From Cytophagales bacterium (GTDB lineage: Bacteria; Bacteroidota; Bacteroidia; Cytophagales; JAAEPT01), in NCBI GenBank assembly GCA_965230415.1, contig CBDDKZ010000003.1, positions 125,554 through 189,553 of the forward strand: a DNA stretch of 64,000 bases, written 5' to 3'. Shown one piece after another: positions 32,180-42,357 of the stretch. The notes under the pieces are model-generated. The model made no database searches, had not been told where the DNA came from, and saw nothing but the letters and a program-made list of their open reading frames with translations. Made by a program: the position numbers and the translations under genes. Every line of letters starts with the position of its first letter. Positions within the stretch are counted from its first letter, which is position 1.

Positions 32180-32232
32180 ATTGCGGTTAGGTTTCTGTTA
32201 ACCAAAGCTTAAATCTTAAATTTTAAAAGATT

Positions 32233-32757
32233 ATGTTTCGTCGATGGGGTCTTAAAATAACGAATAATAAGCTTGTAAAGAAGAATTATCACAACAAGAA
32301 AACACGTTCGATGGTTAACTTCAGCGTGGCTACAAAGTTTGGTGTGCTCGTTACCGATATCGAGAAAAACAAAAAAGTAGTAAATAAACTGGTAAAAGAG
32401 TTAAAACTTGAAGGTAAGAGTGTACATGTGCTTTGTTATGGTAAATCTGGCAAAGAAGTCTCATTAAATTTTGAGTATGATTCCATGCACAAAAAAGATA
32501 TCTCATGGAAAGGTAAATTTAAGGGCTATGGAATAAAAAAATTTATTAAATCTGACTTCGATTATTTGTTTTCTTTAAATACATCTCCAATTTTGCCTTT
32601 TCGTTCTATATTGGCCATGAGTAATGCCCGATGTAGGGTAGGGATGTATAATGAAAGCAACGAGAAATATTTCGATCTCATGGTTCATCCAACCAAGGCC
32701 AATGATTTGGCGGCATTGGTAGATCAAATGATATACTATACCAAAAAAATAAAATAA
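32233..32757 (+). CDS. Hypothetical protein (174 aa) immediately upstream of dapA
   Basis: Clean ORF ending 1 nt before the dapA start. Basic N-terminus and no motif I can name. Confidence 0.55.
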   Translation: MFRRWGLKITNNKLVKKNYHNKKTRSMVNFSVATKFGVLVTDIEKNKKVVNKLVKELKLEGKSVHVLCYGKSGKEVSLNFEYDSMHKKDISWKGKFKGYGIKKFIKSDFDYLFSLNTSPILPFRSILAMSNARCRVGMYNESNEKYFDLMVHPTKANDLAALVDQMIYYTKKIK

Positions 32758-32758
32758 G

Positions 32759-33649
32759 ATGAGGAGCATGTTTGGAGGCGTAGGTGTAGCTTTGGTAACA
32801 CCTTTTGATGAAAACCTTAATATTGACTATACAACACTGAATAACGTATTGTCACATATTAAAAAGGGTAAAATAAATTACCTTACCGTGAACGGCACTA
32901 CAGGTGAGGCCTCGACGATAAATAATACCGAAAAGGCTGCTCTTCTCAATCATATCGTAAAAAATCATGGCGACGATTTCAATATTATGTATGGAATTGG
33001 TGCTAATAATACACAATATGTGCTTGATCTGATAGATCAAACCGATTTTTCGGGAGTGCAAGCCATTTTGACTGTGGCTCCTTATTATAATAAACCAACA
33101 CAAGAGGGAATCTATCAGCATTATGTGGCCATCGCAGACAAATCACCAGTACCTGTGTTTATGTATAATGTGCCTGCTCGTACGGGTTTAAACATAGAAG
33201 TCTCCACAACTTTGAGATTAGCGCAGCACCCAAACATTGCCGGTATAAAAGAAGCTTCAGGCGACTTAATGCAATGTTACGATATCGTAGCTGCCAAACC
33301 AGATGATTTTATGCTGATTTCAGGTGATGACGGGCTTACAGTACCAATGATGTCTATTGGTGCCGAAGGTGTTATTTCCGTTATTGCCAATGCTTACCCG
33401 ATTGAATTTGGTGAAGTGATAGATTTAGCTATGAATAACAACTTTAAACAAGCTGCTGAGCAAATGTTTCCACTGCTGGAAATGAACAAATTGCTTTATG
33501 TGGAAGGAAGCCCTGTAGGTGTGAAGGCAGCGTTAGCCATGCGCGGCATGGGGCATGGTAGAGTTAGGCTTCCTCTTGTTGAGGCATCAATTGAGCTTAA
33601 AGAAGCTTTAAAATCAGCATCATTACACCTGGTAGGTGTAACCTCGTAA
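32759..33649 (+). CDS. dapA: 4-hydroxy-tetrahydrodipicolinate synthase
   Basis: VALVTPF, NGTTGE, YNVPARTG and the GIKEASGD Schiff-base lysine context. Confidence 0.92.
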   Translation: MRSMFGGVGVALVTPFDENLNIDYTTLNNVLSHIKKGKINYLTVNGTTGEASTINNTEKAALLNHIVKNHGDDFNIMYGIGANNTQYVLDLIDQTDFSGVQAILTVAPYYNKPTQEGIYQHYVAIADKSPVPVFMYNVPARTGLNIEVSTTLRLAQHPNIAGIKEASGDLMQCYDIVAAKPDDFMLISGDDGLTVPMMSIGAEGVISVIANAYPIEFGEVIDLAMNNNFKQAAEQMFPLLEMNKLLYVEGSPVGVKAALAMRGMGHGRVRLPLVEASIELKEALKSASLHLVGVTS

Positions 33650-33661
33650 AAAAGTAATAAA

Positions 33662-33687
33662 GGTGATCAGTTGTTTGTCTGATCACC
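33662..33687. terminator. Hairpin between convergent dapA and S41 peptidase genes
   Basis: 9-bp stem ggtgatcag / ctgatcacc with loop ttgtttgt. The flanks are A/T-rich but the T-run is weak. Confidence 0.45.
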
Positions 33688-33694
33688 AGAAACA

Positions 33695-34714
33695 TTAATA
33701 CACGCTCATAATATATTCCAAAACCAGATCTGTATTGTTTTGAATACTCTCCGGGGTGTTTTCTATGACAAAATCAGGAGTGATGCCCACACCTTCAAGA
33801 CACTCGCCGTTTGGTAATAAATGCTTCTCCACGGGATGAACATACATCCATTTGTTGGGTAAGTGCTTGTTCAGTGACAGCATTGATAAAGCTCCGGCAG
33901 TATTTGTCCCTACATGAATCACGTGGTCCTGAGTGAGTAGTCTGACGCAAAAGTTTTCCCCCGCACTTACTGTTGCCGCATCCGTTAGCAAAATAATCGG
34001 TTTGGTGTAAGTGTAATCTCCAAAAACTTCTGCATAAGTTGTGAGAGGGGCATCAAATGTAAACGGGCCCGGACCTGTTTTTGATTGCGTGGTATAAGCC
34101 GTTCGCTGTTCCGTAACAAATGGTCCCGCAAAGCGATGGGCATATTCAGTATTTCCGCCGCCATTGTTGCGCAAATCAAGGATAAGCGCTCTGCTATCGT
34201 CCAAAGATTTGGCTATTTGACTCGACTCTTCCGCATTGTCCGCTAGCATGGTGCTTATATGTATGTAGCCAAAAGCTTCTATTTTTCCGTAAGCAACATT
34301 GTCTTCGCTGTTAGTATGGAAGTCGTTTTTTAAATAATGCTCCTTTATTAGATTAAGGCTAAACAATTCTTCTGCACGTTCTGCTTTTTCATTCCCCGAT
34401 ACATAAAATGTGTCGTTATAAGGATCAATAATAACAACATGATTGTCGTTTAATTCTTCCAACATATCACAACACACCCGCCATAAACTATCAGGGCTTG
34501 TACTGCTATTAATAAGAGGTCTGTATTGAGCATATATATGATCCCAATCGAGCCGTTTTTCAACAAAGGTCGGGTATTGCTTATCTAATTCTTGCCACAA
34601 GTACTCAAACGTAGTAACTGGGTCGTCGTCTGGCGTCACTTTGATGATTTTTTGGCATGAGCTTAAATAGAAAGAAAGAAGAAAGATGGGGAGTGTTTTG
34701 ATTATCGTTTTCAT
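33695..34714 (-). CDS. S41-family peptidase lipoprotein
   Basis: Lipobox FYLSSC. ILDLRNNGGGN block and the serine context DAATVSAGENF are typical of S41/tail-specific proteases. ATGA overlap with the upstream barrel gene. Confidence 0.72.
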   Translation of the reverse strand: MKTIIKTLPIFLLSFYLSSCQKIIKVTPDDDPVTTFEYLWQELDKQYPTFVEKRLDWDHIYAQYRPLINSSTSPDSLWRVCCDMLEELNDNHVVIIDPYNDTFYVSGNEKAERAEELFSLNLIKEHYLKNDFHTNSEDNVAYGKIEAFGYIHISTMLADNAEESSQIAKSLDDSRALILDLRNNGGGNTEYAHRFAGPFVTEQRTAYTTQSKTGPGPFTFDAPLTTYAEVFGDYTYTKPIILLTDAATVSAGENFCVRLLTQDHVIHVGTNTAGALSMLSLNKHLPNKWMYVHPVEKHLLPNGECLEGVGITPDFVIENTPESIQNNTDLVLEYIMSVY

Positions 34715-35499
34715 TTGGAGGATTTTTTGAGCTTGAAACCTATACCGATGTTGTAAGTAGATGCTATTTTTCCGAAGTGCCTATGGATGTGATGCTTAGA
34801 AATATCTAGTTGCCACTGAAGATGGAGGTGCCATCGCGGCGAAAATTGCCACTGATAGTACAGTACTGTTTGCCATTGAAATAAATCAGCTAAAGAGCAG
34901 ACTTTGCCACTAAAAACGTGGCTTAAATTCTCCAGACGTTCATTGAATCGCCTGGAGGCTCCAGAGTAAGGGTGCACGGCTATATACGCAAATAAGGTGT
35001 ATGCATTGGTGAGAACAAAATGGTGCTTATCATTTAAACGGTATGATTGACCAATAAGAATGTTAAATGCATGTGTGCCCTGGGATGAAAGGGAGTTAAG
35101 GACATCCTTATAAATATGTCGTGTGAGGTATGCCTCACTATTAAGTGAAAATCCTAAATAAAAGGGCAGTTGTTGTTTGATGTCAGCAAGGTGATAGAGC
35201 AGCTTAAAGTCACTGCCAACAGCAAGGTGTGAAGGGTTAATGATGTCAAAGTCCGATTGAAGGTTTCCGGCGCGGGCGTTAATATCAAAATTCCAAATGG
35301 TTTTTTTGCGTATGCTATTAAATTGTAGCCGCGTATCCAAAATAGTACCATACGATTTGAATATCGAAAACTGATGGTCACTCGTATGTAGGTTCTGAAG
35401 CCCGACATTAAATGATACCGAACTCTTGTTTGTTGACTGGGCACCTGCCATGATCGCATGACACAGCAGCGAAAGGGTGATAATAGTTTTAATATTCAT
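34711..35499 (-). CDS. Putative outer-membrane beta-barrel protein (hypothetical)
   Basis: Signal peptide MNIKTIITLSLLCHAIMAGAQ, alternating aromatic/polar strand-like segments, and the C-terminal ...YNIGIGFKLKKSSK. Confidence 0.5.
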   Translation of the reverse strand: MNIKTIITLSLLCHAIMAGAQSTNKSSVSFNVGLQNLHTSDHQFSIFKSYGTILDTRLQFNSIRKKTIWNFDINARAGNLQSDFDIINPSHLAVGSDFKLLYHLADIKQQLPFYLGFSLNSEAYLTRHIYKDVLNSLSSQGTHAFNILIGQSYRLNDKHHFVLTNAYTLFAYIAVHPYSGASRRFNERLENLSHVFSGKVCSLADLFQWQTVLYYQWQFSPRWHLHLQWQLDISKHHIHRHFGKIASTYNIGIGFKLKKSSK

Positions 35500-35621
35500 T
35501 GGGTTTTAAAATGTAGATTCATGCAAATATTCAGAATCTTACTATATTTTTGTTTTTCACATTTGGAAACATGTGCCCAATTCATGAATTGTAAGTTCTC
35601 AAAATCAGAAAAAATAGCTTT

Positions 35622-36638
35622 ATGTTTATTACGGAGTGTTTTTTGTTAACAATAAGCATCGCCGTTTGCGCCGCAATTGGGATAAGAAGAAACAAGTCGA
35701 AGTCCGATTGGTTCCTGTTTTTGTTTATTACGGCTAATGGTTTGAGTGCACTGGGCGCTATAATATGGGGCGAAAATGAAGTAGATCTGTTGGATATACT
35801 CATAGTCATTCAGTATCCTGTCTGGTACTATTGCCACCTAAGTGCTTTTATAAAACCAAAACAAAAGCTGTTTATCTGGTTGTATCAGTTACCGACTTAT
35901 ATACTAACAGTTTTTGTCATTTATGCACTAGTTACTCAGAATTTTGAGGTATTTAATAACACCTTATTTCGGATTTTTTTATTTACGATAATTTTTCTTC
36001 TGATCATTTATGGTATAGTTGGTTTAATGACGGTGTCCAAGGGTAATTTAGAACATCTCAATGAGAAAGAAAGGCGATGGATTAGTCGCTTTGGCTGGCT
36101 GTATAACATTTATTTTATCCCTAGTATTGTGTTGACTTTGGCAATTGACGATGGTAATCTGGAACAGCAGGTTGATTTTTTTAATTTGTTATTTGGTGCG
36201 GTTGTTTTAGTTTATATCGTCTATGAGGCATTTGTAAATGAAGTTATATTACCCAGGAATCGCGGTAATGGCACTGAAGAATCATCTGATTCTAATGAGC
36301 GACAGTTGTTTGAGAAAATTGATAGGCTTGTAAATAGCGAACAATTATACTTAAATGAAGCATTTAATTTGCAACTATTGTCAGAAAGATTGAATACCAA
36401 CCAAAAGTATGTTTCACAAGCAATAAATAAGCAGGGGCAAAAGAATTTTACTACGTACATTAATGAACTTCGCATAAGCGCATTTGAAGAAAAACTGAAT
36501 GATACTCGGTACAAGAATTATACAATCTCCGCAATCGCTGAAGAATGCGGATTCAAATCCGTGTCATCGTTCAACAGAGTGTTTAAGGTGCATAGAAATA
36601 GCACTCCCTCCGCATATAGGGAGTCTTTGAATAATTAA
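35622..36638 (+). CDS. AraC/XylS-family transcriptional regulator with N-terminal multi-pass membrane domain
   Basis: About 190 aa of hydrophobic helices, then a C-terminal HTH_AraC region ([18 protein letters not shown]...[21 protein letters not shown]). Divergent from the barrel/S41 pair. Confidence 0.75.
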   Translation: MFITECFLLTISIAVCAAIGIRRNKSKSDWFLFLFITANGLSALGAIIWGENEVDLLDILIVIQYPVWYYCHLSAFIKPKQKLFIWLYQLPTYILTVFVIYALVTQNFEVFNNTLFRIFLFTIIFLLIIYGIVGLMTVSKGNLEHLNEKERRWISRFGWLYNIYFIPSIVLTLAIDDGNLEQQVDFFNLLFGAVVLVYIVYEAFVNEVILPRNRGNGTEESSDSNERQLFEKIDRLVNSEQLYLNEAFNLQLLSERLNTNQKYVSQAINKQGQKNFTTYINELRISAFEEKLNDTRYKNYTISAIAEECGFKSVSSFNRVFKVHRNSTPSAYRESLNN

Positions 36639-37663
36639 AAGTGCTTGTAAGCTTTTACGGTATTAACGAAGGTGCGCACTTTGTCCGGGTCGGTATCCGG
36701 GTATACTCCGTGGCCAAGATTTGCAATATGATTGTGTCCTTCAAATCGCTGCAGCATTGCTTCCGTTTTTGTTTTTATGAAGTCATGGGAGCCGTATAAA
36801 ACACAAGGGTCTAAGTTGCCTTGTAATGTTTTGTTCGGACCGATAATTGATTTGGATTCTTCAATATCCATGTTCCAGTCAAGTCCAATTGTGTTACAAT
36901 TAAGAGTTGATAACTCCTTTCGGGCGAAGAAAGCCCCTTTGGCAAAAACAGTTACAGGTACTTCGTTTATGGCATTACATATCTCAGCAATGTATTTTAA
37001 TGAGAAATTTTTGAATTGATCCGGAGCCAGAATACCGGCCCAGGAGTCAAATACCTGAATCATATTGGCCCCCGCCTTGATTTGATCTTTTAAGTAAATA
37101 ATCGTGGATTCTGTGATTTTTTCCAGAAGGTTATGAGAAAGGGATTCGTTGGTATAAAGCATTTTCCGCGCTTTCGAAAATGTTTTAGAGCCTTGCCCTT
37201 CTACCATATATGAAAAGATAGTCCATGGAGCACCGGCAAAACCTATAAGAGGAACGCTGTCTGCTAATTCTTTTTTTGTTATTTCAATAGCGTCAATCAC
37301 ATACTTTAAATCTCCCGATTGAGCTACTCGAATGTTTTTTAAATCGGACTCTGTTTGGATAGTTTCTGGGAAAAGCGGCCCCTTCTTTTCTATCATTTCA
37401 TAGGGTAGTCCCATTGCCTCAGGTATTTCCAGTATATCTGAGAATATAATTGCGGCGTCTACATCCAATAAATCTACAGGCTGTACAGTGACTTCGGCTG
37501 CCAGATGTGGGGTGCTTACAAGTTCTTTGAACCCACTAACGCTTGACCTTACGGCGCGGTATTCCGTCAAGATACGCCCGGCCTGACGCATTAACCAAAC
37601 AGGTGATCTTTCTGTCTTTTCCCCTCTTGCTGCTCTAAGTATTAAATCGTTTTGTAAACCCAT
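36635..37663 (-). CDS. hemE: Uroporphyrinogen decarboxylase
   Basis: [17 protein letters not shown] and VFDSWAG blocks. 342 aa. Its stop codon overlaps the AraC stop (ttaa). Confidence 0.95.
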   Translation of the reverse strand: MGLQNDLILRAARGEKTERSPVWLMRQAGRILTEYRAVRSSVSGFKELVSTPHLAAEVTVQPVDLLDVDAAIIFSDILEIPEAMGLPYEMIEKKGPLFPETIQTESDLKNIRVAQSGDLKYVIDAIEITKKELADSVPLIGFAGAPWTIFSYMVEGQGSKTFSKARKMLYTNESLSHNLLEKITESTIIYLKDQIKAGANMIQVFDSWAGILAPDQFKNFSLKYIAEICNAINEVPVTVFAKGAFFARKELSTLNCNTIGLDWNMDIEESKSIIGPNKTLQGNLDPCVLYGSHDFIKTKTEAMLQRFEGHNHIANLGHGVYPDTDPDKVRTFVNTVKAYKHF

Positions 37664-37736
37664 GCTGCAAATATAAGCATGAAAGCGAAAATGTCATGTC
37701 TGACGTTGAAAAGATGAGTGCTTATTATGTAGGTAG

Positions 37737-38399
37737 CTATGTTTGAGGTAATGCACTCGTAACCTGTGTGTCACTATCTATGAATTGAAATGACCTGAAA
37801 AAATGATCCTTCACGTACTCTGTTGAATCAAAAGATATTTTCATAAGTTGATACACACGATTATTTCTGAGTATTATTTTATAGTTAAAAAATCCTCTGT
37901 CTTTTTCATAGGCACTCACCTTTATACCCTCATGTTTACTGTCATGTGAAATCCTCTCCTTGACTAGAATTTCAGGTTCATCAAACATACCGTCCAATGC
38001 CGCATTAATATTCTGATCTAGAAAATCATGAGTCGATAAGCTGTTCATAGCTTCCTGAGGAAAATCAGAATAGGCGAGAAACAAGGTTTTGTTATCCTTT
38101 TTTTCATAAGTAAAACAATGCATTTCGAGTTTTCCTAAGGACGACTCAATAGTATGTGTGTCTTCTTCGGGTAGTTTTGGGAATGCTATAGAGAATAAAC
38201 CAGGCTCAGAATAAAATACCGACCAATTGTCTGCTTTTTTCTTGCCCGACTGCTTAAAAAGTACTTGTAATTCACGCGAGGTATCCAATTGACGATCTAC
38301 ATCCCTGTTAAAACAAGATTGACATAAAAAGGCAATAAGTAAAATTATCAGGTAGTGTTTATGCATGAATAGAAATTCGTTTAATACTATACGCTTCAT
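37737..38399 (-). CDS. Hypothetical lipoprotein
   Basis: Lipobox AFLCQSC. The likely start is the internal ATG at 38366 (MHKHYLIILLIAFLCQSC). No recognisable domain. Confidence 0.6.
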   Translation of the reverse strand: MKRIVLNEFLFMHKHYLIILLIAFLCQSCFNRDVDRQLDTSRELQVLFKQSGKKKADNWSVFYSEPGLFSIAFPKLPEEDTHTIESSLGKLEMHCFTYEKKDNKTLFLAYSDFPQEAMNSLSTHDFLDQNINAALDGMFDEPEILVKERISHDSKHEGIKVSAYEKDRGFFNYKIILRNNRVYQLMKISFDSTEYVKDHFFRSFQFIDSDTQVTSALPQT

Positions 38400-38534
38400 C
38401 AGACTTTTAGATTTACCGTTCGTCGAAAACTATTTCAAAATTCCTGTATTCAAATAACAGTAATTGATGTAAAGCACTGAGATTGTGTAATCTTTGAGCT
38501 TAATACTTTATGGTGAAATCAATTAAAGGTACAC

Positions 38535-38569
38535 TTTGTTTTATTTATTAATTCGATCTGTTATATTTG
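38535..38569 (+). promoter_or_regulatory. Promoter candidate for the arg cluster
   Basis: TTTG at 38535-38538 and TATATTTG (TAnnTTTG) at 38562-38569. The 23-nt spacing is longer than the usual 19-21, so this is tentative. Confidence 0.3.
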
Positions 38570-38584
38570 CAATCCATTAGAAAA

Positions 38585-38656
38585 ATGAGCAACAATTTTT
38601 CACATAGCGTTATTTCTTTCCGCATCAAGTCTAACCGTAGGCCCGAGAGGGCTTAG
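38585..38656 (+). promoter_or_regulatory. 23-codon leader ORF candidate (MSNNFSHSVISFRIKSNRRPERA) upstream of the arg cluster
   Basis: An ATG about 16 nt downstream of the candidate -7 box. Four Arg codons fall in the last 11 codons. Three of them and the stop lie inside the hairpin 38632-38659. The GNAT start is 70 nt further on. Confidence 0.25.
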
Positions 38657-38729
38657 TTATGTTTGAGCTTACCTATGTGGTTTGCCTGTTTCACCCTAGT
38701 AATCAATCTGTTTCATAAAATTAAATTAA

Positions 38730-39377
38730 ATGCCGGAGTTTGACGTTGTAATAGCGCAAGAGAAGCACTTGAAATATGCGAAGGTTATTTCTGATGAAAT
38801 GGCAGAGAGCGCTAAGGCAAGAGGTACAGGAATAGCAAAGCGGACACCTGAATATTTGGAAGGCAAAATCAAAGAAGGTAAGGCAATTATTGCATTGGAA
38901 AAGTCATCGGATAAAGTAGCTGGCTTTTGTTATGTAGAGACTTGGGGACATGAAAAATATGCTGCTAACTCAGGATTAATAGTGTTCCCGGATTACAGAA
39001 AGTTTGGTTTGGCGAGAAGAATAAAGGAGCAGGCCTTTAAGCTTTCAAGGAAAAAGTATCCGAATGCACGCTTATTTGGACTTACTACCAGTTTGGCTGT
39101 AATGAAAATTAATTCAGAACTGGGCTATCACCCTGTGACGTTTTCGGAATTAACAGATGATGACGAGTTTTGGAAAGGCTGCCAGAGTTGTGTCAACTAC
39201 TCGATTTTGGAAAGTAAAGAACGTAAAAATTGTTTGTGCACAGGAATGTTGTACGACCCGGAGGCGCAAAAAAAGAAAAAATGGAATTACAAGGCGTATG
39301 AAGCAATATTGAAACGCTTAAGACGCATAAAAGAAAGGACATTTATCCTTAGTTTTAAAAAATTATTAAAAGCATAA
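38730..39377 (+). CDS. GNAT-family N-acyltransferase heading the arg cluster (putative glutamate N-acyltransferase)
   Basis: 215 aa. Acetyl-CoA-binding-like segment VFPDYRKFGLARRI and a Cys-rich C-terminal part (CQSC...NCLC). Its position as first gene of a Bacteroidota arg operon fits the ArgA substitute. Confidence 0.7.
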   Translation: MPEFDVVIAQEKHLKYAKVISDEMAESAKARGTGIAKRTPEYLEGKIKEGKAIIALEKSSDKVAGFCYVETWGHEKYAANSGLIVFPDYRKFGLARRIKEQAFKLSRKKYPNARLFGLTTSLAVMKINSELGYHPVTFSELTDDDEFWKGCQSCVNYSILESKERKNCLCTGMLYDPEAQKKKKWNYKAYEAILKRLRRIKERTFILSFKKLLKA

Positions 39378-39379
39378 AG

Positions 39380-40585
39380 ATGGTAAACAACAAAGTGGTT
39401 TTAGCCTTTAGCGGCGGATTAGATACAACTTATTGTGTGAAACACTTGTCTGATGACTTAAAATTGGAGGTATATTCGGTTATTGTAAACACTGGAGGCT
39501 TTTCCGGGGAAGAATTGGACGATATTGCTCAAAAGGCAAAAGAACTTGGGGTAAAAGAGCACGTATGCATCGACGAAACTTCTAATTTTTACCAAAAATG
39601 TGTTAAGTACCTAATAGCAGGGAATATTTTAAAGAATAATACCTATCCACTATCTGTAAGTGCCGAAAGAGTGTTTCAGGCTTTGGCCATAGGGAAGTAT
39701 GCCAACGAAGTGGGTGCTGCTTATATTGCTCACGGAAGTACAGGTGCCGGAAATGATCAGGTACGCTTTGATATGACTTTTCATATTTTGTGTCCGGATG
39801 TTCAGATTATCACTCCTATCCGCGACAACAAACTCTCACGCGAAGAAGAAATTGAATACCTTAAGTCAAAAGGTGTTGAACGTGACTGGACCAAATCGAT
39901 TTATTCGATAAATAAAGGTTTGTGGGGTACGTCAGTAGGGGGGAAAGAAACACTTACTTCTCATGAATATTTACCTGAAGAAGCGTTTCCTACACAAATG
40001 ACAAAAAACGAAGCCGAAGAATTGGAAATTGAATTTCTGAAAGGAGAACCAGTAGGGGTGAATGGGAAGCAGTTTGAAAATCCCGTTGATGCCATTTTGG
40101 AAATTGAAAAACTGGCAGCGCCTTTTGGGGTCGGCAGAGATATACACGTAGGGGATACAATAATAGGCATAAAGGGTCGCGTAGGCTTTGAAGCGGCTGC
40201 ACCTGTAATATTAGTTAAAGCACATCATGCCCTCGAAAAGCATACGCTTACCAAACAACAGCTTACCGTAAAAGATCAGTTGTCTGCTACCTATGGAAAT
40301 ATGGTGCATGAAGGTCAGTTTCTCGAACCTATGATGCGTGATTTAGAGCATTTCCTGAACAGTACGCAACAAACAGTTAGTGGTAAGGTGAAAATATTCC
40401 TGGCACCTTATAGATATCATGTAGTAGGTATAGAGTCTGAACATGATCTGATGTCTTCTAAATTTGGAAGCTACGGAGAAATGAATAACACCTGGAGTGG
40501 TGACGATGTGAAGGGTTTCTCCAAAATATTTGGAAACCAAACATCAATATACTTTAAAGTGAATAACTTAACGAATAATAACTAA
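39380..40585 (+). CDS. argG: Argininosuccinate synthase
   Basis: AFSGGLDTT N-type ATP-PPase motif and the AHGSTGAGNDQVRF block. Confidence 0.95.
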   Translation: MVNNKVVLAFSGGLDTTYCVKHLSDDLKLEVYSVIVNTGGFSGEELDDIAQKAKELGVKEHVCIDETSNFYQKCVKYLIAGNILKNNTYPLSVSAERVFQALAIGKYANEVGAAYIAHGSTGAGNDQVRFDMTFHILCPDVQIITPIRDNKLSREEEIEYLKSKGVERDWTKSIYSINKGLWGTSVGGKETLTSHEYLPEEAFPTQMTKNEAEELEIEFLKGEPVGVNGKQFENPVDAILEIEKLAAPFGVGRDIHVGDTIIGIKGRVGFEAAAPVILVKAHHALEKHTLTKQQLTVKDQLSATYGNMVHEGQFLEPMMRDLEHFLNSTQQTVSGKVKIFLAPYRYHVVGIESEHDLMSSKFGSYGEMNNTWSGDDVKGFSKIFGNQTSIYFKVNNLTNNN

Positions 40586-40590
40586 GAGCA

Positions 40591-41556
40591 ATGGTCAAGG
40601 TAGGAATTGTAGGCGGTGCAGGTTACACGGGAGGTGAATTACTGCGTATTTTAGTGAATCATCCCCAGGTTGAGATTAATTTTGTACATAGTAATAGCAA
40701 TGCAGGGAACCTAATTTATAAGGTTCATAGTGACTTAATAGGTTATACGGAGTTAGTTTTTACCGACCAACTGAGCACAGAAATAGATGTGTTGATCATG
40801 TGTTTGGGACATGGTGATGCAAAGAAATTCCTGGATAATAATCCGGCATTTTATGAGGTGAATATTATCGATTTATCAACAGACTTCAGACATAAGCGAC
40901 CGGGGAATGATTTCGTTTATGGTTTGCCGGAATTGAACGGTAAGGTGCTTCCAAGTGCCAAACATATAGCAAATCCAGGTTGTTTTGCAACGTGTATTCA
41001 ACTGGGGATATTGCCTTTGGCAAGCACTGGTGAATTGAAAGATGAACTACATGTAACCGCAATTACGGGATCAACAGGTGCTGGTCAAAAACCTACGTCC
41101 ACTTCACATTTTAGTTGGAGGAATAATAATATGTCTGTTTATAAAGCTTTTGAGCATCAACACCTGCAGGAGATAGGAGAAAGCTTGCACCAACTTCAGG
41201 AAGCAGGTGATAAAGTAGTGAACTTTGTACCCTTTAGAGGCGACTTTACCAGGGGCATAATCAGTTCCATTTATATAAAATCTGATCTGAGCGAAGAAGA
41301 GGCTATTGCTTTATATAAAGGCTATTATAAAGATGCTTCTTTTACGCATGTTGTGGAAGAAAATCCGAATATTAAGCAGGTTGTAAATACGAATAATGCG
41401 TTGGTGTATTTGAAGAAATATGGAGATAAATTGCACGCGATCAGTATGATTGATAACCTGTTAAAAGGGGCCTCAGGACAAGCCGTTCAGAATATGAATA
41501 TCATGTTTGGCCTGGATCAAAAGGAAGGATTACGATTAAAACCGAGTGCCTTTTAA
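40591..41556 (+). CDS. argC: N-acyl-gamma-glutamyl-phosphate reductase
   Basis: GIVGGAGYTGGELLR and the catalytic Cys context ANPGCFAT. Confidence 0.93.
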   Translation: MVKVGIVGGAGYTGGELLRILVNHPQVEINFVHSNSNAGNLIYKVHSDLIGYTELVFTDQLSTEIDVLIMCLGHGDAKKFLDNNPAFYEVNIIDLSTDFRHKRPGNDFVYGLPELNGKVLPSAKHIANPGCFATCIQLGILPLASTGELKDELHVTAITGSTGAGQKPTSTSHFSWRNNNMSVYKAFEHQHLQEIGESLHQLQEAGDKVVNFVPFRGDFTRGIISSIYIKSDLSEEEAIALYKGYYKDASFTHVVEENPNIKQVVNTNNALVYLKKYGDKLHAISMIDNLLKGASGQAVQNMNIMFGLDQKEGLRLKPSAF

Positions 41557-41558
41557 GC

Positions 41559-42347
41559 GTGAAAGATGAAAGCAAAAATATAGTTGTAAAGCTGGGCACC
41601 AATGTGCTTACGGATAGCAATGGGCAACTGGATACCAGTGTTATACAGCGCATTGTAGATCAGGTTGCTTCCCTTAAAAAAGAGGGCAATAAAGTTATTA
41701 TCGTTAGCTCTGGTGCGGTTGGGGCCGGTAAGTCAATTTACCAGCTTAGTAACGTGAAAGATGAAATAATACAGAGACAGGTGTATTCATCTATTGGGCA
41801 GGTGCAGCTAATGAATCTGTATGCCGAATATTTCAAGCATTACAATTTAGTTTGTGCTCAGGTTTTGGCAACCAAAGAGGATTTTTTAGGCAAAGAACAT
41901 TATAAGAATATGAAAAATTGCCTCAAAGGTCTATTGAAAGACGATATCATCCCTATCATAAACGAAAATGATGTTGTTTCACTAAAAGAGCTTATGTTTA
42001 CCGATAACGACGAGTTGGCAGGGCTTACAGCATACCTCATTAAGGCCGACATCTTAGTGATACTCACAAGTGTAGATGGTTTGTTCACCGGCGACCCCTC
42101 TGATGATGCCAGTGAATTGATAAATGAAGTACACCTGGGGGATGATTCTCACAAAAGATTTATTACCGAGAATAAGTCAACACAGGGCCGTGGAGGAATG
42201 CTTACAAAATTTGATACTGCTTCTAGAATGGCTGGCAAAGGAATAGTTACTTATTTGGCAAACGGAAAGAAAGAAAATATTTTATCGGCAATTGTTCAGG
42301 GTAAGCAAGTAGGAACTTGTTTCCACATAGCCGAAGCAACTAATTAA
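41559..42347 (+). CDS. proB: Glutamate 5-kinase (short form, no PUA domain)
   Basis: VVKLGTNVLT, VSSGAVGAG and FTDNDELA blocks. 262 aa, GTG start. Confidence 0.9.
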   Translation: MKDESKNIVVKLGTNVLTDSNGQLDTSVIQRIVDQVASLKKEGNKVIIVSSGAVGAGKSIYQLSNVKDEIIQRQVYSSIGQVQLMNLYAEYFKHYNLVCAQVLATKEDFLGKEHYKNMKNCLKGLLKDDIIPIINENDVVSLKELMFTDNDELAGLTAYLIKADILVILTSVDGLFTGDPSDDASELINEVHLGDDSHKRFITENKSTQGRGGMLTKFDTASRMAGKGIVTYLANGKKENILSAIVQGKQVGTCFHIAEATN

Positions 42348-42357
42348 ATAAGGTGAT

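Noticed and set aside
38444-38460. AT-rich quasi-palindrome ctgtattcaaataacag upstream of the arg cluster, considered as an ArgR (ARG box) operator.
   Set aside because: Only the outer 4 bp are truly palindromic, and the match to the TGAAT-N4-ATTCA-type ARG box is poor. There is no second tandem box and no argR gene in the window.
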